Part shown: piece after piece, positions 1-8,160 of the stretch | Numbering within the stretch: position 1 is the stretch's first letter | Layout: every line of letters begins with the position of its first letter | IMG/VR virus record: IMGVR_UViG_3300045283_000190 | Span: 1 to 53,113 of that record | Source of the DNA: a virus | Lineage: Duplodnaviria > Caudoviricetes | Strand: one strand, 5' to 3' | Length of the DNA: 53,113 nucleotides | Translations under genes and position numbers: made by a program | The notes under the pieces: generated by a model | What the model was told of the DNA's origin: nothing | Database searches by the model: none | Seen by the model: only the letters and a program-made list of their open reading frames with translations

Positions 1-127
1 CGACGCAGACCCGCAGCGCTCGGCGGCGAAGTGGGCAGCCAAGCGCGCGGCTGCGAACGCGGACGCGGCGGTGAAGCTGCCACGCGTGAACTGGGCCGAG
101 CTGACGGGGGAGATTTTCGAGGCGCTG
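1..127. repeat. Terminal direct repeat (circular assembly overlap), left copy
   Basis: 1-127 is identical to 52987-53113. 127 is a common assembler k-mer length, and the parA ORF continues in frame across the junction. Confidence 0.97.
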
Positions 128-592
128 ATGGACCTGCGTCAGCGCTACGCAGACGTGGTGGTCGACGTCGGCGGAACGGACCAGCCCGAGCTGCGCTACG
201 CGCTGGCTGCGGCGGACCGGCTCTACAGCCCGATGGTGCCGAGCCACTGTGACCTCGAGACGGCGCGCGAACTGAACGACCTTGTGAAGCTAGTGCAGGG
301 CATGGGCAACCACGCGCTACGCGCCTGGGTACTGCTGAACAAGTGCTCGCCGCACACGCACGACGACGAAGTGCCAGAGGCCCGCGAGGAGCTCGCGGAC
401 TTTCCGATGCTCGAGCTCGCCAGGACGACAATCGCGTACCGCAAGCCCTGGCGTACCGCCTACAAGCTGCGCGTCAGCGTCGTCGAAATGCCGCTCTCTC
501 CAGACCGCAGGACGCGCGAGGCAGCGAAGAAGTCAGCCGACGATATGTGGGCATTTTACGAGGAGATTACGGGCGATGTCCGACAGCAATGA
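1..592 (+). CDS. parA: ParA (small type Ib/ParF-like) partition ATPase, C-terminal part; full gene is 52883..52986+1..592 (231 aa)
   Basis: Continues [11 protein letters not shown]...YADVVVDVGG (Walker B)...AADRLYSPMVPS..D...LLNK, all typical ParA motifs. Confidence 0.93.
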   Translation, partial: DADPQRSAAKWAAKRAAANADAAVKLPRVNWAELTGEIFEALMDLRQRYADVVVDVGGTDQPELRYALAAADRLYSPMVPSHCDLETARELNDLVKLVQGMGNHALRAWVLLNKCSPHTHDDEVPEAREELADFPMLELARTTIAYRKPWRTAYKLRVSVVEMPLSPDRRTREAAKKSADDMWAFYEEITGDVRQQ

Positions 593-899
593 CGTCAGCG
601 GCGGCAGTGACAGCGAGGGCGGCAACGACGTCAATGACGGCAGAAACCTCATGACGAACGAACTGGCTCAACAGCTGGCTCGTGGCGCCAAGACGCAAGG
701 GGTCGGCCCGGCGCGGCCGTGGGACAAATGCGACCCGAACGCGAAGCCCGAACACCGATTCACGTTCCGCCTCAACGACTATGACCGTGCCATCGCGCAC
801 TTCGTTGCGGGGATGCGCGGGACGAGTGTGCAGCAAGCACTGGTGTTGCTCCTTCGCCAGGCGGCGCTGCGCGACATCGCCAAAAAGGAGAAGGGCTGA
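576..899 (+). CDS. Small RHH protein, probable centromere-binding partner of ParA (ParG-like)
   Basis: Overlaps the parA stop, with GAGGAG RBS at 560-565. Disordered N-terminus, then a strand-helix-helix segment HRFTFRLNDYDRAIAHFVAGMRGTSVQQALVLLL. Confidence 0.72.
   Translation: MSDSNDVSGGSDSEGGNDVNDGRNLMTNELAQQLARGAKTQGVGPARPWDKCDPNAKPEHRFTFRLNDYDRAIAHFVAGMRGTSVQQALVLLLRQAALRDIAKKEKG
581..643 (+). repeat. Seven 9-bp degenerate repeats (YGACRGCAR-like), parS-like array 2
   Basis: cgacagcaa tgacgtcag cggcggcag tgacagcga gggcggcaa cgacgtcaa tgacggcag; same core as the array at 52802-52872. Confidence 0.7.
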
Positions 900-1465
900 T
901 GGTGAACCGTCTACTCCGACAGGGCGAAACGCTCGAGCAGCTACGCGCAGCTTTCATGGTGCGCGTGACGGTGGACCAGCACGGATGCTGGCTGTGGGAC
1001 GGCAAGGCCGACCGCTACGGAAGCTTCCGTGACCGACCGGCGCATCGCGCTAGTTGGGAGCTGCACCAGGGGCGGATACCGAACGGGCTCCTGATCCTGC
1101 ACGGCTGCGACCTGCACGACAACGCTCTGATTGCTCCGCAGCGAGGCTGTGTGAACCCGGCTCATATCCGACCAGGGACACCGCGAGAGAATGCACGAGA
1201 TGCGGAGCGCGTTGCGGCTCGGGTGCTCGGGAAGCCGGAAGAAAGCGGCGAGATGGTCACGTTCCATGCGCGCTTCAACGAGTGCGAGATGGCCGAGCTT
1301 CGGAGACTCGCGAAAGAAGAGGAGACAAGTATGCAGCGCCTGGTCAGGCGCATCGTGCGCGAGGGAATGATCGAACGCATGCGCCAGCGTCCCGAGCTCG
1401 AGGAGTTGCTTCGGCGGCTTGGTGTCGCGATCGACGACAGCCTCGCGGACCAGGAGCCAGGCTGA
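899..1465 (+). CDS. HNH (His-Me finger) endonuclease fused to a C-terminal RHH domain
   Basis: CWLW..G...YG...AHRASWELH.G.IP.GL.ILH.CD...CVNPAH...GT..EN..D, then VTFHARFNECEMAELRRLAKEEETSMQRLVRRIV. Confidence 0.85.
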   Translation: MVNRLLRQGETLEQLRAAFMVRVTVDQHGCWLWDGKADRYGSFRDRPAHRASWELHQGRIPNGLLILHGCDLHDNALIAPQRGCVNPAHIRPGTPRENARDAERVAARVLGKPEESGEMVTFHARFNECEMAELRRLAKEEETSMQRLVRRIVREGMIERMRQRPELEELLRRLGVAIDDSLADQEPG

Positions 1466-2106
1466 TGACACCGCTGCACTACGCCCTGATCTTCTGCCTG
1501 CTGGCGCCTCACGCAGGTTGGAGCGGGCTCTGGTGGCTCGCCATCGTTGCCGGCCTGGTGGTGCTGCTGTGGCTAGGCAAGCTGCGCGCCTTCGCGGTGT
1601 TCTGCGCGTGGAGCACGGCTGCCGTCGCAGCGCTCGGGGGGCTATTGCTGCTGCACTCCTGGTACGAAGGCCGGCAGAACGCGCCGTGGCACGAGGCGAA
1701 CGCCAAGTGCCACCGGGAGCAGGGCCACAAGCTGGAGGAGTTTCTCCACGTGTGCCATCCGAGCGGGACGCGTGCCGAGCTCGTCCCGACGCGGGCGGTA
1801 GTGTCGCCAGAGACGGTCCGCGAGAGCGAGGAGGGGACGCGCGAGATGAAGGAGAGGCTAGGGCGCGCGCTCGACGAGGCGCGAGCGGAGCGGCGCAAGC
1901 GCATGACCCCGAGCGAGCTCGCGGCAGCCGAAGCGCACGACCGCGAGATGGCAGCCCTCAGCGACGAAGACTTCGACGCGCTCGTGCGCGAGCCTGCGGA
2001 GCCACCGGCCGAGGCAGCTCCCGAGCCGAAGGCGCCGCAGCGCGCGCCGCAGAAAGCGCCGCCAGTGCCGCGCAGACCTCAGCCACCGCTTACGACGAGG
2101 ATCTGA
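1465..2106 (+). CDS. Membrane protein, hypothetical
   Basis: ATG overlaps the upstream stop (TGATG). Two to three hydrophobic N-terminal segments, then a charged helix and a Pro-rich tail. Confidence 0.65.
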   Translation: MTPLHYALIFCLLAPHAGWSGLWWLAIVAGLVVLLWLGKLRAFAVFCAWSTAAVAALGGLLLLHSWYEGRQNAPWHEANAKCHREQGHKLEEFLHVCHPSGTRAELVPTRAVVSPETVRESEEGTREMKERLGRALDEARAERRKRMTPSELAAAEAHDREMAALSDEDFDALVREPAEPPAEAAPEPKAPQRAPQKAPPVPRRPQPPLTTRI

Positions 2107-2108
2107 CG

Positions 2109-2282
2109 ATGGGTCGCCCCGCCTGGTGCTGGGAGGTGCTGCAAGTGCTGCTCGTGCTCTGCGCGGGCGCTGCGGTGCTCATCCCGAGCGGCTTGTATGG
2201 CAGCTACTGGTGGTGGCCGTTCGCTGGGATGGCTGCAGTCATGGCGTACCCGTGGGTGATGGACTGGCTTTTTAGTCTGTGA
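2109..2282 (+). CDS. Small two-TM membrane protein
   Basis: MGRPAWCWEVLQVLLVLCAGAAVLIP...WWWPFAGMAAVMAYPW; starts directly after the previous stop. Confidence 0.5.
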   Translation: MGRPAWCWEVLQVLLVLCAGAAVLIPSGLYGSYWWWPFAGMAAVMAYPWVMDWLFSL

Positions 2283-2292
2283 TTGGAAGGAA

Positions 2293-2532
2293 GTGATGGT
2301 GATGACCAGCAGACAAGAGGGAATGCCAAGCTGCAGCCTGTGCAGTTCAGTGCTCGGCGATACGGTCTACGAGATCGCGATGAATCGGGGCCTGTGCGAG
2401 CCGTGCGCCACGGCGATCGAGAAGTGCCCGCACGAAACCGGCGACCAGGCCCAGCGCTACGACGCAGACGGGTGCGGCTATCGCGTCTGGGTCTGCTTCG
2501 CGTGCGGCGCCGAGACGCTGGACCCGTATTGA
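2293..2532 (+). CDS. Small Cys-rich zinc-finger protein
   Basis: CSLC, CEPC, CPH and CFAC motifs. Confidence 0.55.
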   Translation: MMVMTSRQEGMPSCSLCSSVLGDTVYEIAMNRGLCEPCATAIEKCPHETGDQAQRYDADGCGYRVWVCFACGAETLDPY

Positions 2533-2855
2533 TGCCTAGATTTACTCTCACCGACACCGAGCACGACGCGCTCGAGCGCCTATTCGACCTCGCGGAGGGC
2601 TACGGCGGTGGCGCAGCGCGGGCACGGCGTCTGCTCTGCGCTTGGCACGACGCGCCCGACTTGGGAGGCTTCGACTTCTCGGACTTGTGGGGCCTCGGCG
2701 AGGCGCACCTGCGCGCTGCGGCGGTGGTGCTGCAGCTCATCGTGCGCGTCCCGCAGGGCACCTACCCGGGTGACCTCGAAGGCTTCGAGACGCGCATGCG
2801 CGCGCTTGCGGAGCGCCGCATCAAGGAGCTCGAGCCGGACAGGGATGACACGTGA
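2532..2855 (+). CDS. Conserved MGE hypothetical protein (DUF7673-like)
   Basis: ALERLFDLA.G.GGGA.RARRLL.AWHD....GFDFSDLWGL pattern recalled from plasmid/phage proteins. Confidence 0.55.
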   Translation: MPRFTLTDTEHDALERLFDLAEGYGGGAARARRLLCAWHDAPDLGGFDFSDLWGLGEAHLRAAAVVLQLIVRVPQGTYPGDLEGFETRMRALAERRIKELEPDRDDT

Positions 2856-3592
2856 CACCCCTCCTTCTGCCTCCCCCGTATCCGCTCGCCTGGCCCGACG
2901 ACTGGGCGCGCACGGAGCTGAAGTATCGGCAAGAATCGCGCTACCGCATGACCATGCAGCGAGCGGCCGAGCAGCTCGCGCACGAGATGGCCAACTGGCA
3001 AGCCGTGCGCTGGCAACCTGGGTGGCGCGGGAAGCATGAGCCCGCGTTCGTGATCACCAGTAACGTGCGCGGCACGCACAGCAACGGCCGACCCTTCGCG
3101 AGCTCGCGCGAGGTGCGGCGCGACGGCGATCCGGCCGTTGCGGTGTGGTGGCTCGAGCGCGTCTACGAGACCGACGAAGACCCCATCGTGCGCGTGATCG
3201 CGTGCGATGGCTGGCCGAACGTCGCGGCGAACCTGCGTGCTTGCGGGGTGACGATCGAGTCGATCCGGGCGATGGAGCGCGCTGGCGCCAGCGAAGCCAT
3301 CAAGCGCGCTACATGGGGCTTCAAAGCGCCCGCGCTGCCGAGCGCAGGCGCCGCGCCAGCTGCCCGCGCGCGGCCCTGGTGGGCGGACCGGCTGGGGCTC
3401 GACCCGGACAAGCCCTATACGATGTTCTTCATCCACCAGGCGTGGCGGCGCTGCGTCGCGGTCGAGCACCCAGACAAGGGTGGTGACCACGAGGCGTTCC
3501 TCGATCTCGAGCGCGCACGCGCTGAGGCGATGCAGCACGCCAACCGCGAGGAAGAGGTTCGCGACAGCAAGAAGCAGGAGTCGGGCCGATGA
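2852..3592 (+). CDS. Phage J-domain (DnaJ-like) protein
   Basis: N-terminal YPLAWP..W.RT and DPAVAVWW/IACD.W..V..NL motifs. C-terminal J-domain WWADRLGL...AWRR....HPDKGG..E.F..L..A. Confidence 0.85.
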   Translation: MTPLLLPPPYPLAWPDDWARTELKYRQESRYRMTMQRAAEQLAHEMANWQAVRWQPGWRGKHEPAFVITSNVRGTHSNGRPFASSREVRRDGDPAVAVWWLERVYETDEDPIVRVIACDGWPNVAANLRACGVTIESIRAMERAGASEAIKRATWGFKAPALPSAGAAPAARARPWWADRLGLDPDKPYTMFFIHQAWRRCVAVEHPDKGGDHEAFLDLERARAEAMQHANREEEVRDSKKQESGR

Positions 3593-3774
3593 GCGAGTAC
3601 GGCGCGAGCATCTCTGAGCCGGTCGAGCGCGACGGGCGATGGTTCGTGCGTGTGGCCTTCGCCGGGGAGGTGCACGAGGTGGCGGCGAGCTCTGAAGCAG
3701 AGGCGCAGCGCCTGGGGAGAAACCTCGCTCGCAGCTTCTCGCGGCTGGTGGGGCTGATCGGGCCGGCGGGCTGA
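3589..3774 (+). CDS. Hypothetical protein (dsRBD-like beta-beta-alpha)
   Basis: Overlapping start and AGGAG RBS; 61 aa. Confidence 0.5.
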   Translation: MSEYGASISEPVERDGRWFVRVAFAGEVHEVAASSEAEAQRLGRNLARSFSRLVGLIGPAG

Positions 3775-3775
3775 G

Positions 3776-4207
3776 CTAGGACTTCGCGCGCTCGCGCAGC
3801 TGCTCGGCGCACGTGTCGTACGCGTACGCCTCGCCAAGCTTCTCCTCGCGCGCGTCGTCCGTGTAGCGTTGCTCGTAGCGGTCGCCCAGCCTGAGCGATT
3901 CGGCCTCCCAAGCAGCGGCGAGCGGCTCGACCCATGCGGGCTCCGCGAGCTTGGACATCGCCCCCTGGCCAGCAGCCACCAGCGGCGCGTCTCCCGCCCC
4001 CACCAGTAGCGCGGCCTCGAGCATATCGAGCGCGCGCGGGTGGTCCTCGACAAGCAGAAGCGAATCAATCCACCCGCCGTCTTTCGGCCCGTCTTGCACC
4101 GTCGCTGACGCTGAGTCGGCATGTAGCTTCACTGCGAGGCGCGGCTTGTCTGGCCATACCCGCCGCGCCAGTTCGGCCAGCCTTGTGATCCGCTCGTCGT
4201 CGCTCAT
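3776..4207 (-). CDS. Hypothetical protein (modular left-arm family)
   Basis: GGAGG RBS. C-terminus CAEQLRERAKS resembles that of 5737..6075. Confidence 0.6.
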   Translation of the reverse strand: MSDDERITRLAELARRVWPDKPRLAVKLHADSASATVQDGPKDGGWIDSLLLVEDHPRALDMLEAALLVGAGDAPLVAAGQGAMSKLAEPAWVEPLAAAWEAESLRLGDRYEQRYTDDAREEKLGEAYAYDTCAEQLRERAKS

Positions 4208-4581
4208 GTGCCCTCCACGACTTCCGCGACGGTGCCCTCGAACTCCTCACGGTCGAGGTCGTGCCGCTGATAGCGCTCCCACGCTTCACGTACCTTAGCG
4301 AGCTTCGCGCGCAGTTCGACAACGCACCGCTGATACTGTCTCTCGTGCTTCGTTGCCTCTAGCTGCGCCTCGAGCTCAGCGATGCGCTCTGCCATGGCGC
4401 GGTGGTCCGCGATGTCAACTTCGCGGAGCGTCAGCGTGATACCGCGCAGGTCGCCCACGGTCACAACGTCGCCTTCGCGAAGCGGCAGCGTGAAGTGCGT
4501 TGGACCTCTGCCAGAGAAGAGGAGATTGCCCGGCGAAACCATCGCCTCGACGCCAGGCGGCGTTGTCTTGTCGTCGCTCAT
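4204..4581 (-). CDS. Hypothetical protein with RIAELEAQL module
   Basis: RBS and ATGA coupling; shared coiled-coil module. Confidence 0.6.
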   Translation of the reverse strand: MSDDKTTPPGVEAMVSPGNLLFSGRGPTHFTLPLREGDVVTVGDLRGITLTLREVDIADHRAMAERIAELEAQLEATKHERQYQRCVVELRAKLAKVREAWERYQRHDLDREEFEGTVAEVVEGT

Positions 4582-4600
4582 GCTGCTTCCCCTCCAGCCA

Positions 4601-4942
4601 TCAGTCCCACCGCTGCGTGTAGTAGTCGATCAGCTCGGTCGCGTCGGCGATCATCTTGCGGTCGTCGTCGCTCAGCAGGAACACCTCGAGCTCGCTCAGC
4701 AGACGCATGGGCGCGGCCTCATCGCGCGGCACCGCCAGCAGCTTACGGCAGCGCGTGCAGATGGTGAGGGTCGCGTCCTTCGAGGCGCTAAAGCCCGTCG
4801 TGCCCTCGCCAGTCACACCCGACAGACCGTTGGCGTACACGTACCCGCAGGCGGGGCACGCCTCGCCGCGGCGGCACATCAGGTCGAGGCGCACGCGGTG
4901 TTCCCACTTGCGCCACAGCTGCCCGCGCTTGGCTGCGGTCAT
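4601..4942 (-). CDS. Zinc-ribbon protein
   Basis: CPAC ... CTRC motifs. Confidence 0.55.
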   Translation of the reverse strand: MTAAKRGQLWRKWEHRVRLDLMCRRGEACPACGYVYANGLSGVTGEGTTGFSASKDATLTICTRCRKLLAVPRDEAAPMRLLSELEVFLLSDDDRKMIADATELIDYYTQRWD

Positions 4943-5148
4943 GGCTTCTCGACGAGCAGATCGATCAGCTTGGCGCGTAGCTCACGCCGGGCGCGCGTCT
5001 CCGCAGCCCACTGGGAGAGGTCCGTCGCTTCCGGCCGCACATCGAGCACCCCTCGCAACCTGCGAATGGCATCGATCAGGCCGGCAGCGTCGTCCTCGCG
5101 GGTGTCGGTCTCAAACAGGACGTATACGCCAGTCAATCGGGTGGTCAT
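4939..5148 (-). CDS. Small conserved phage protein
   Basis: MTTRLTGVYVLFETDTREDDAAGLIDAIRRLRGVLDV; AGGAG RBS and ATGA coupling. Confidence 0.6.
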   Translation of the reverse strand: MTTRLTGVYVLFETDTREDDAAGLIDAIRRLRGVLDVRPEATDLSQWAAETRARRELRAKLIDLLVEKP

Positions 5149-5585
5149 GGGATCTCCTGGTCGAGAAGGCCGTTCAGTTCGCCGAGCGGGTCCTCTGTGA
5201 TGTGCTCGAAGTATTCGTCGCGCCATGCCCGCACCCGCGCGAGCTGCGCCTCGAGCTCGGCCACGCGCGCGTCAGCGGCTTCCTCCGTGAGTGCGTGGCG
5301 TATCGCGACCTCCTGATAGTACGCGGCGCTATGCTCGGGCTCAGGTGCGTCCGCGACATCGACGAAGCGCGGCCGGCGCTGCCCGTCTGGCCACACAACA
5401 TCCTCGCGGAACATCGACCACGGGCGCACCAGCACCTTGCGCGTGAGGTGCGAGACGTAGACCGCCATCGTCTCCGAGCGGTTCTCACTGTTCTCCGCGA
5501 GGCAGAGCAGGGTGTACGTGCCTCCGCGGTAGTGGCGATAGGACTGCATGGTGGAGCGAGACGCAGTGCGCGGTGGGTCGGTCAT
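5145..5585 (-). CDS. DUF1653-domain protein with ELEAQL tail
   Basis: YRHYRGG.Y.....A..SE...E.M.VY.......VRP..MF.E signature. Confidence 0.8.
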   Translation of the reverse strand: MTDPPRTASRSTMQSYRHYRGGTYTLLCLAENSENRSETMAVYVSHLTRKVLVRPWSMFREDVVWPDGQRRPRFVDVADAPEPEHSAAYYQEVAIRHALTEEAADARVAELEAQLARVRAWRDEYFEHITEDPLGELNGLLDQEIP

Positions 5586-5740
5586 CGTAAGCCCCCAAGC
5601 ACGCCCAAGAGCGCAAGCGCCATGAGCACCAGCAGCACGACCGCCACGACGAAGGCGGCCCACTGAGGCTGCGTGACGGGCCGCGGCACGAGCGCGAGCA
5701 GCACGACAAAGAGCACGAACGCGAGCCAATCGAATCTCAT
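5582..5740 (-). CDS. Small two-TM membrane protein
   Basis: MRFDWLAFVLFVVLLAL...WAAFVVAVVLLVLMALALLG; AGGAG RBS. Confidence 0.6.
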   Translation of the reverse strand: MRFDWLAFVLFVVLLALVPRPVTQPQWAAFVVAVVLLVLMALALLGVLGGLR

Positions 5741-6075
5741 GGGGTCTCCTTGCTGGCGCGCTCGCGCAGTTCGGCGGCGCACGCCATGAGCGAGTAGCTT
5801 CGCCACGTACTTTCCTGGTCGGCTGCGCGCTCCCACTCGGCCGGCAGCGCCTGCACGCTCGCGAGCTGCGCCTCGAGTTCGGCGATGCGGAACTGAGCCT
5901 GCGATAGTTCCTCGTACGCCTCAGCGCGAAGTCGGTGCTGCAGCGTCTCAGGGACGTCCGCGAGGGCGGCGGTGAGGGCGGCGTTAGCGATCTCGCCGAC
6001 CTTCTCGTAGTCGCAGCTAAGCCGCTCGTAGAGCACGGCTGACGCTGCGACTACCATCTCGTCGGTTATGCGCAT
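5737..6075 (-). CDS. Hypothetical protein MRITDEMV... (modular family)
   Basis: GGAGG RBS; paralogous to 6066..6383. Confidence 0.65.
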   Translation of the reverse strand: MRITDEMVVAASAVLYERLSCDYEKVGEIANAALTAALADVPETLQHRLRAEAYEELSQAQFRIAELEAQLASVQALPAEWERAADQESTWRSYSLMACAAELRERASKETP

Positions 6076-6383
6076 GTGCCCTCCGTGCCGTCGAGGATGG
6101 CTTCGAGCTCGTCGTAGCCGGCGGGACCCCATTCCTCGCGCCATGTCCGCACCTTAGCGAGCTTCGCCTCGAGCTCGGTGATGCGTACCTCACGATCGGC
6201 GATCATCTCCGCCATCGCATTGAGAGTCCGCGTGTGCGGACCAGGTTCAGGCTCAGGCACGTGCAACAGCACGTCTTCGAGGATGCGCCGCAGCATCGAG
6301 GGCACGTCCGCATACGGCGTCTTGAACTCGCACGCGTCGAGGGCGTATCCCAGGCGCTCGACCAGCTCGTCAGTTACTCGCAT
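6066..6383 (-). CDS. Hypothetical protein MRVTDELV... (modular family)
   Basis: AAGGAG RBS; ITELEAKLAKV module. Confidence 0.65.
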   Translation of the reverse strand: MRVTDELVERLGYALDACEFKTPYADVPSMLRRILEDVLLHVPEPEPGPHTRTLNAMAEMIADREVRITELEAKLAKVRTWREEWGPAGYDELEAILDGTEGTCA

Positions 6384-6401
6384 GTGCTCTCCTTGTCCCG
6401 C

Positions 6402-6782
6402 TCACGAGCGGCCCCACTTGTTCCACGGACGAAAGCGACGAATCCAGTCAGCCGTCGGGAAGTCGCCCTCGAAGCGAAAGGCGCGATCGTCGATGGTCAG
6501 GTATGCGGCAGGCTTTTCGGTCGGGAAGTCCAGCTGCTCAAGAATGTCAGCGTCCATCCCGTGCTTGGCGAACCACGCCCGCATCGCAGCAATGCCCGCG
6601 GGGTCTTTGCTGCGGGATGAGTAGACGCAGACGTCGAACCCCTCGCCGAGCATCGCCACCAGCCAGTCCAGCGCGCCAGGTACAGGCCCGTCTGCGATCT
6701 CATCCGCGAACGTCCATGGTGAGATGTATTCGTGGAGTACTCCGTCGAAGTCCACACAGAGTGTTTTTCGTTCACGCCCCAT
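6402..6782 (-). CDS. HAD-superfamily phosphatase / nucleotidase-like
   Basis: Motif I CVDFDGVLH, motif II YSSR, motif III/IV EKP.A...IDDRA. Confidence 0.85.
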   Translation of the reverse strand: MGRERKTLCVDFDGVLHEYISPWTFADEIADGPVPGALDWLVAMLGEGFDVCVYSSRSKDPAGIAAMRAWFAKHGMDADILEQLDFPTEKPAAYLTIDDRAFRFEGDFPTADWIRRFRPWNKWGRS

Positions 6783-7234
6783 CACGACACCTCCACACGG
6801 ACGCGCCGTGGCGCGAGTCCGTTCTCTCTGTGCAGACCGAACGGCAGCGGCCAGCCACGTGGCAGCACGAACAGGTGGTACATATCGGCCTGGTCCGTCA
6901 GGTCCTTGTCGCGCGGGTGCACCTGCACGGCTTCGGCGATGTCGCTGCACAGTTCGTTCTTGATCCGCTGCAGCTCGGACCACGACGGCTCGACACCCGA
7001 GCGCGTGCCTGCCTGCGCGACCGAGCGGATCGCTAGGTGCAGCATCGGCCCGAGCGCGCAGGTGAACTCGTAGACCTGCACGATCCAGAAGTCGTTTCGA
7101 TAGGCGGCGCGCACGTTCTGAACGGCCGGGTATCGCTCGAACAGCGCTGGGTCGATCGGAAGCTGCACCCACTCCCAGCTGCCGCGCTTGCGCGCCTCTG
7201 ATGCCGCCGCTCGGCGCTGCCATCGATTGCTCAT
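6782..7234 (-). CDS. Conserved phage protein (DUF7694-like)
   Basis: HL.IRS...PSW.ELQRIKNEL....EAVQVHP...DL.D.ADMYHLF; GAGGAGG RBS. Confidence 0.75.
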   Translation of the reverse strand: MSNRWQRRAAASEARKRGSWEWVQLPIDPALFERYPAVQNVRAAYRNDFWIVQVYEFTCALGPMLHLAIRSVAQAGTRSGVEPSWSELQRIKNELCSDIAEAVQVHPRDKDLTDQADMYHLFVLPRGWPLPFGLHRENGLAPRRVRVEVS

Positions 7235-7393
7235 TTCTTACCCCCTCCTCGTAATGCCTGTTGTCACAGCTGTTCGCAGAACTAGTAGACTGTCAACTCG
7301 ACACACAAATACGGTAGCGTTACACCGTCGGTTTTTCTGCGTCAGAATAGGGTAAGGTCTGCAGACAGTATGCAGACTGTGATATCATGCCTC
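7235..7393. promoter_or_regulatory. AT-richer divergent intergenic control region
   Basis: Non-coding, lower GC, TTGACA on the minus strand at 7291-7296, short inverted repeats. Confidence 0.45.
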
Positions 7394-7657
7394 ATGGCCA
7401 CTCCCGAGCCCCCCGAAACCATGCTGCGTGTGCGCGAGGCCGAGCTGCGCCATCGGCTCGCCTGGTACCGCGTCGAGGTATTGGACGTGCATGTGGTAGA
7501 GGCGCACGAGCGCGAGCGCGACCACTACGACCAGGAGGTGTGGCCCGACGCGGTGGTGTGGGTGCGTCCGCGCTGGTGGTGGCCGCGGGGTAGCGGTTGG
7601 CTGCTCGAGCGGCTGTTGTCGTCGCGCGGCTTCCACGTCGAAGTGGTGCTGCGCTGA
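7394..7657 (+). CDS. Hypothetical protein
   Basis: ORF on the strand opposite to the surrounding arm. Confidence 0.45.
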   Translation: MATPEPPETMLRVREAELRHRLAWYRVEVLDVHVVEAHERERDHYDQEVWPDAVVWVRPRWWWPRGSGWLLERLLSSRGFHVEVVLR

Positions 7658-7725
7658 TCGGCCGATCAGCCTGAAGTGCAGCCGCACCAGCGACCGGGGA
7701 TCGCAGGGGTTGTACTCTGTGCACA

Positions 7726-8003
7726 TGCCGATGCGATCCGGGAACGAGCTCAGTAAGAGACAGCAAACGATGGCCACACTGTTCCCCGGGCGCACCAAGG
7801 CGGCGCGCCCGAAGCAGCTGTCGCTCGGCATCGACCCGAGCGGGTTCGCGCGCGTGTCGCGCTGTCCGGGGTGCGCAGCGGAGCTCGCGGAGAACGTGTG
7901 TCGCGTGTGCGATGCGTTCCTGTGCCGGCGCTGCGACGTCTGGACGACGGGCAACGGGGGCGACGGGTCGCACTGTTTCCGCTGCCTGGTCACGCATCGC
8001 TAG
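7726..8003 (+). CDS. Cys-rich zinc-finger protein
   Basis: CPGC, CRVC, CRRC and CFRC: four CxxC pairs. Confidence 0.55.
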
Positions 8004-8160
8004 CCTGTGCGTGGCGAGCCAGCTGCGCCTCGAGCTCGTCGACGCGCTCCCTGAGCACACAGGCGCGCTCGTGCGCTGCGTAGAGCGCGAAGCCAAGCTC
8101 CTCGCAGAGGTCGGCGAGGTCCTCCGCGGGCACGTCGTGGGCTTGGCGAGGCTTGCTCAT
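7990..8160 (-). CDS. 56-aa protein with ELEAQL module (below the ORF-track cutoff)
   Basis: Hand translation MSKPRQAHDVPAEDLADLCEELGFALYAAHERACVLRERVDELEAQLARHAQASDA; ATGA coupling to the upstream gene. Confidence 0.6.
   Translation of the reverse strand: MSKPRQAHDVPAEDLADLCEELGFALYAAHERACVLRERVDELEAQLARHAQASDA

Noticed and set aside
1-127. Terminal repeat as a biological DTR or attachment site
   Set aside because: Its length equals a standard k-mer and it falls mid-parA, so it is an assembly overlap.
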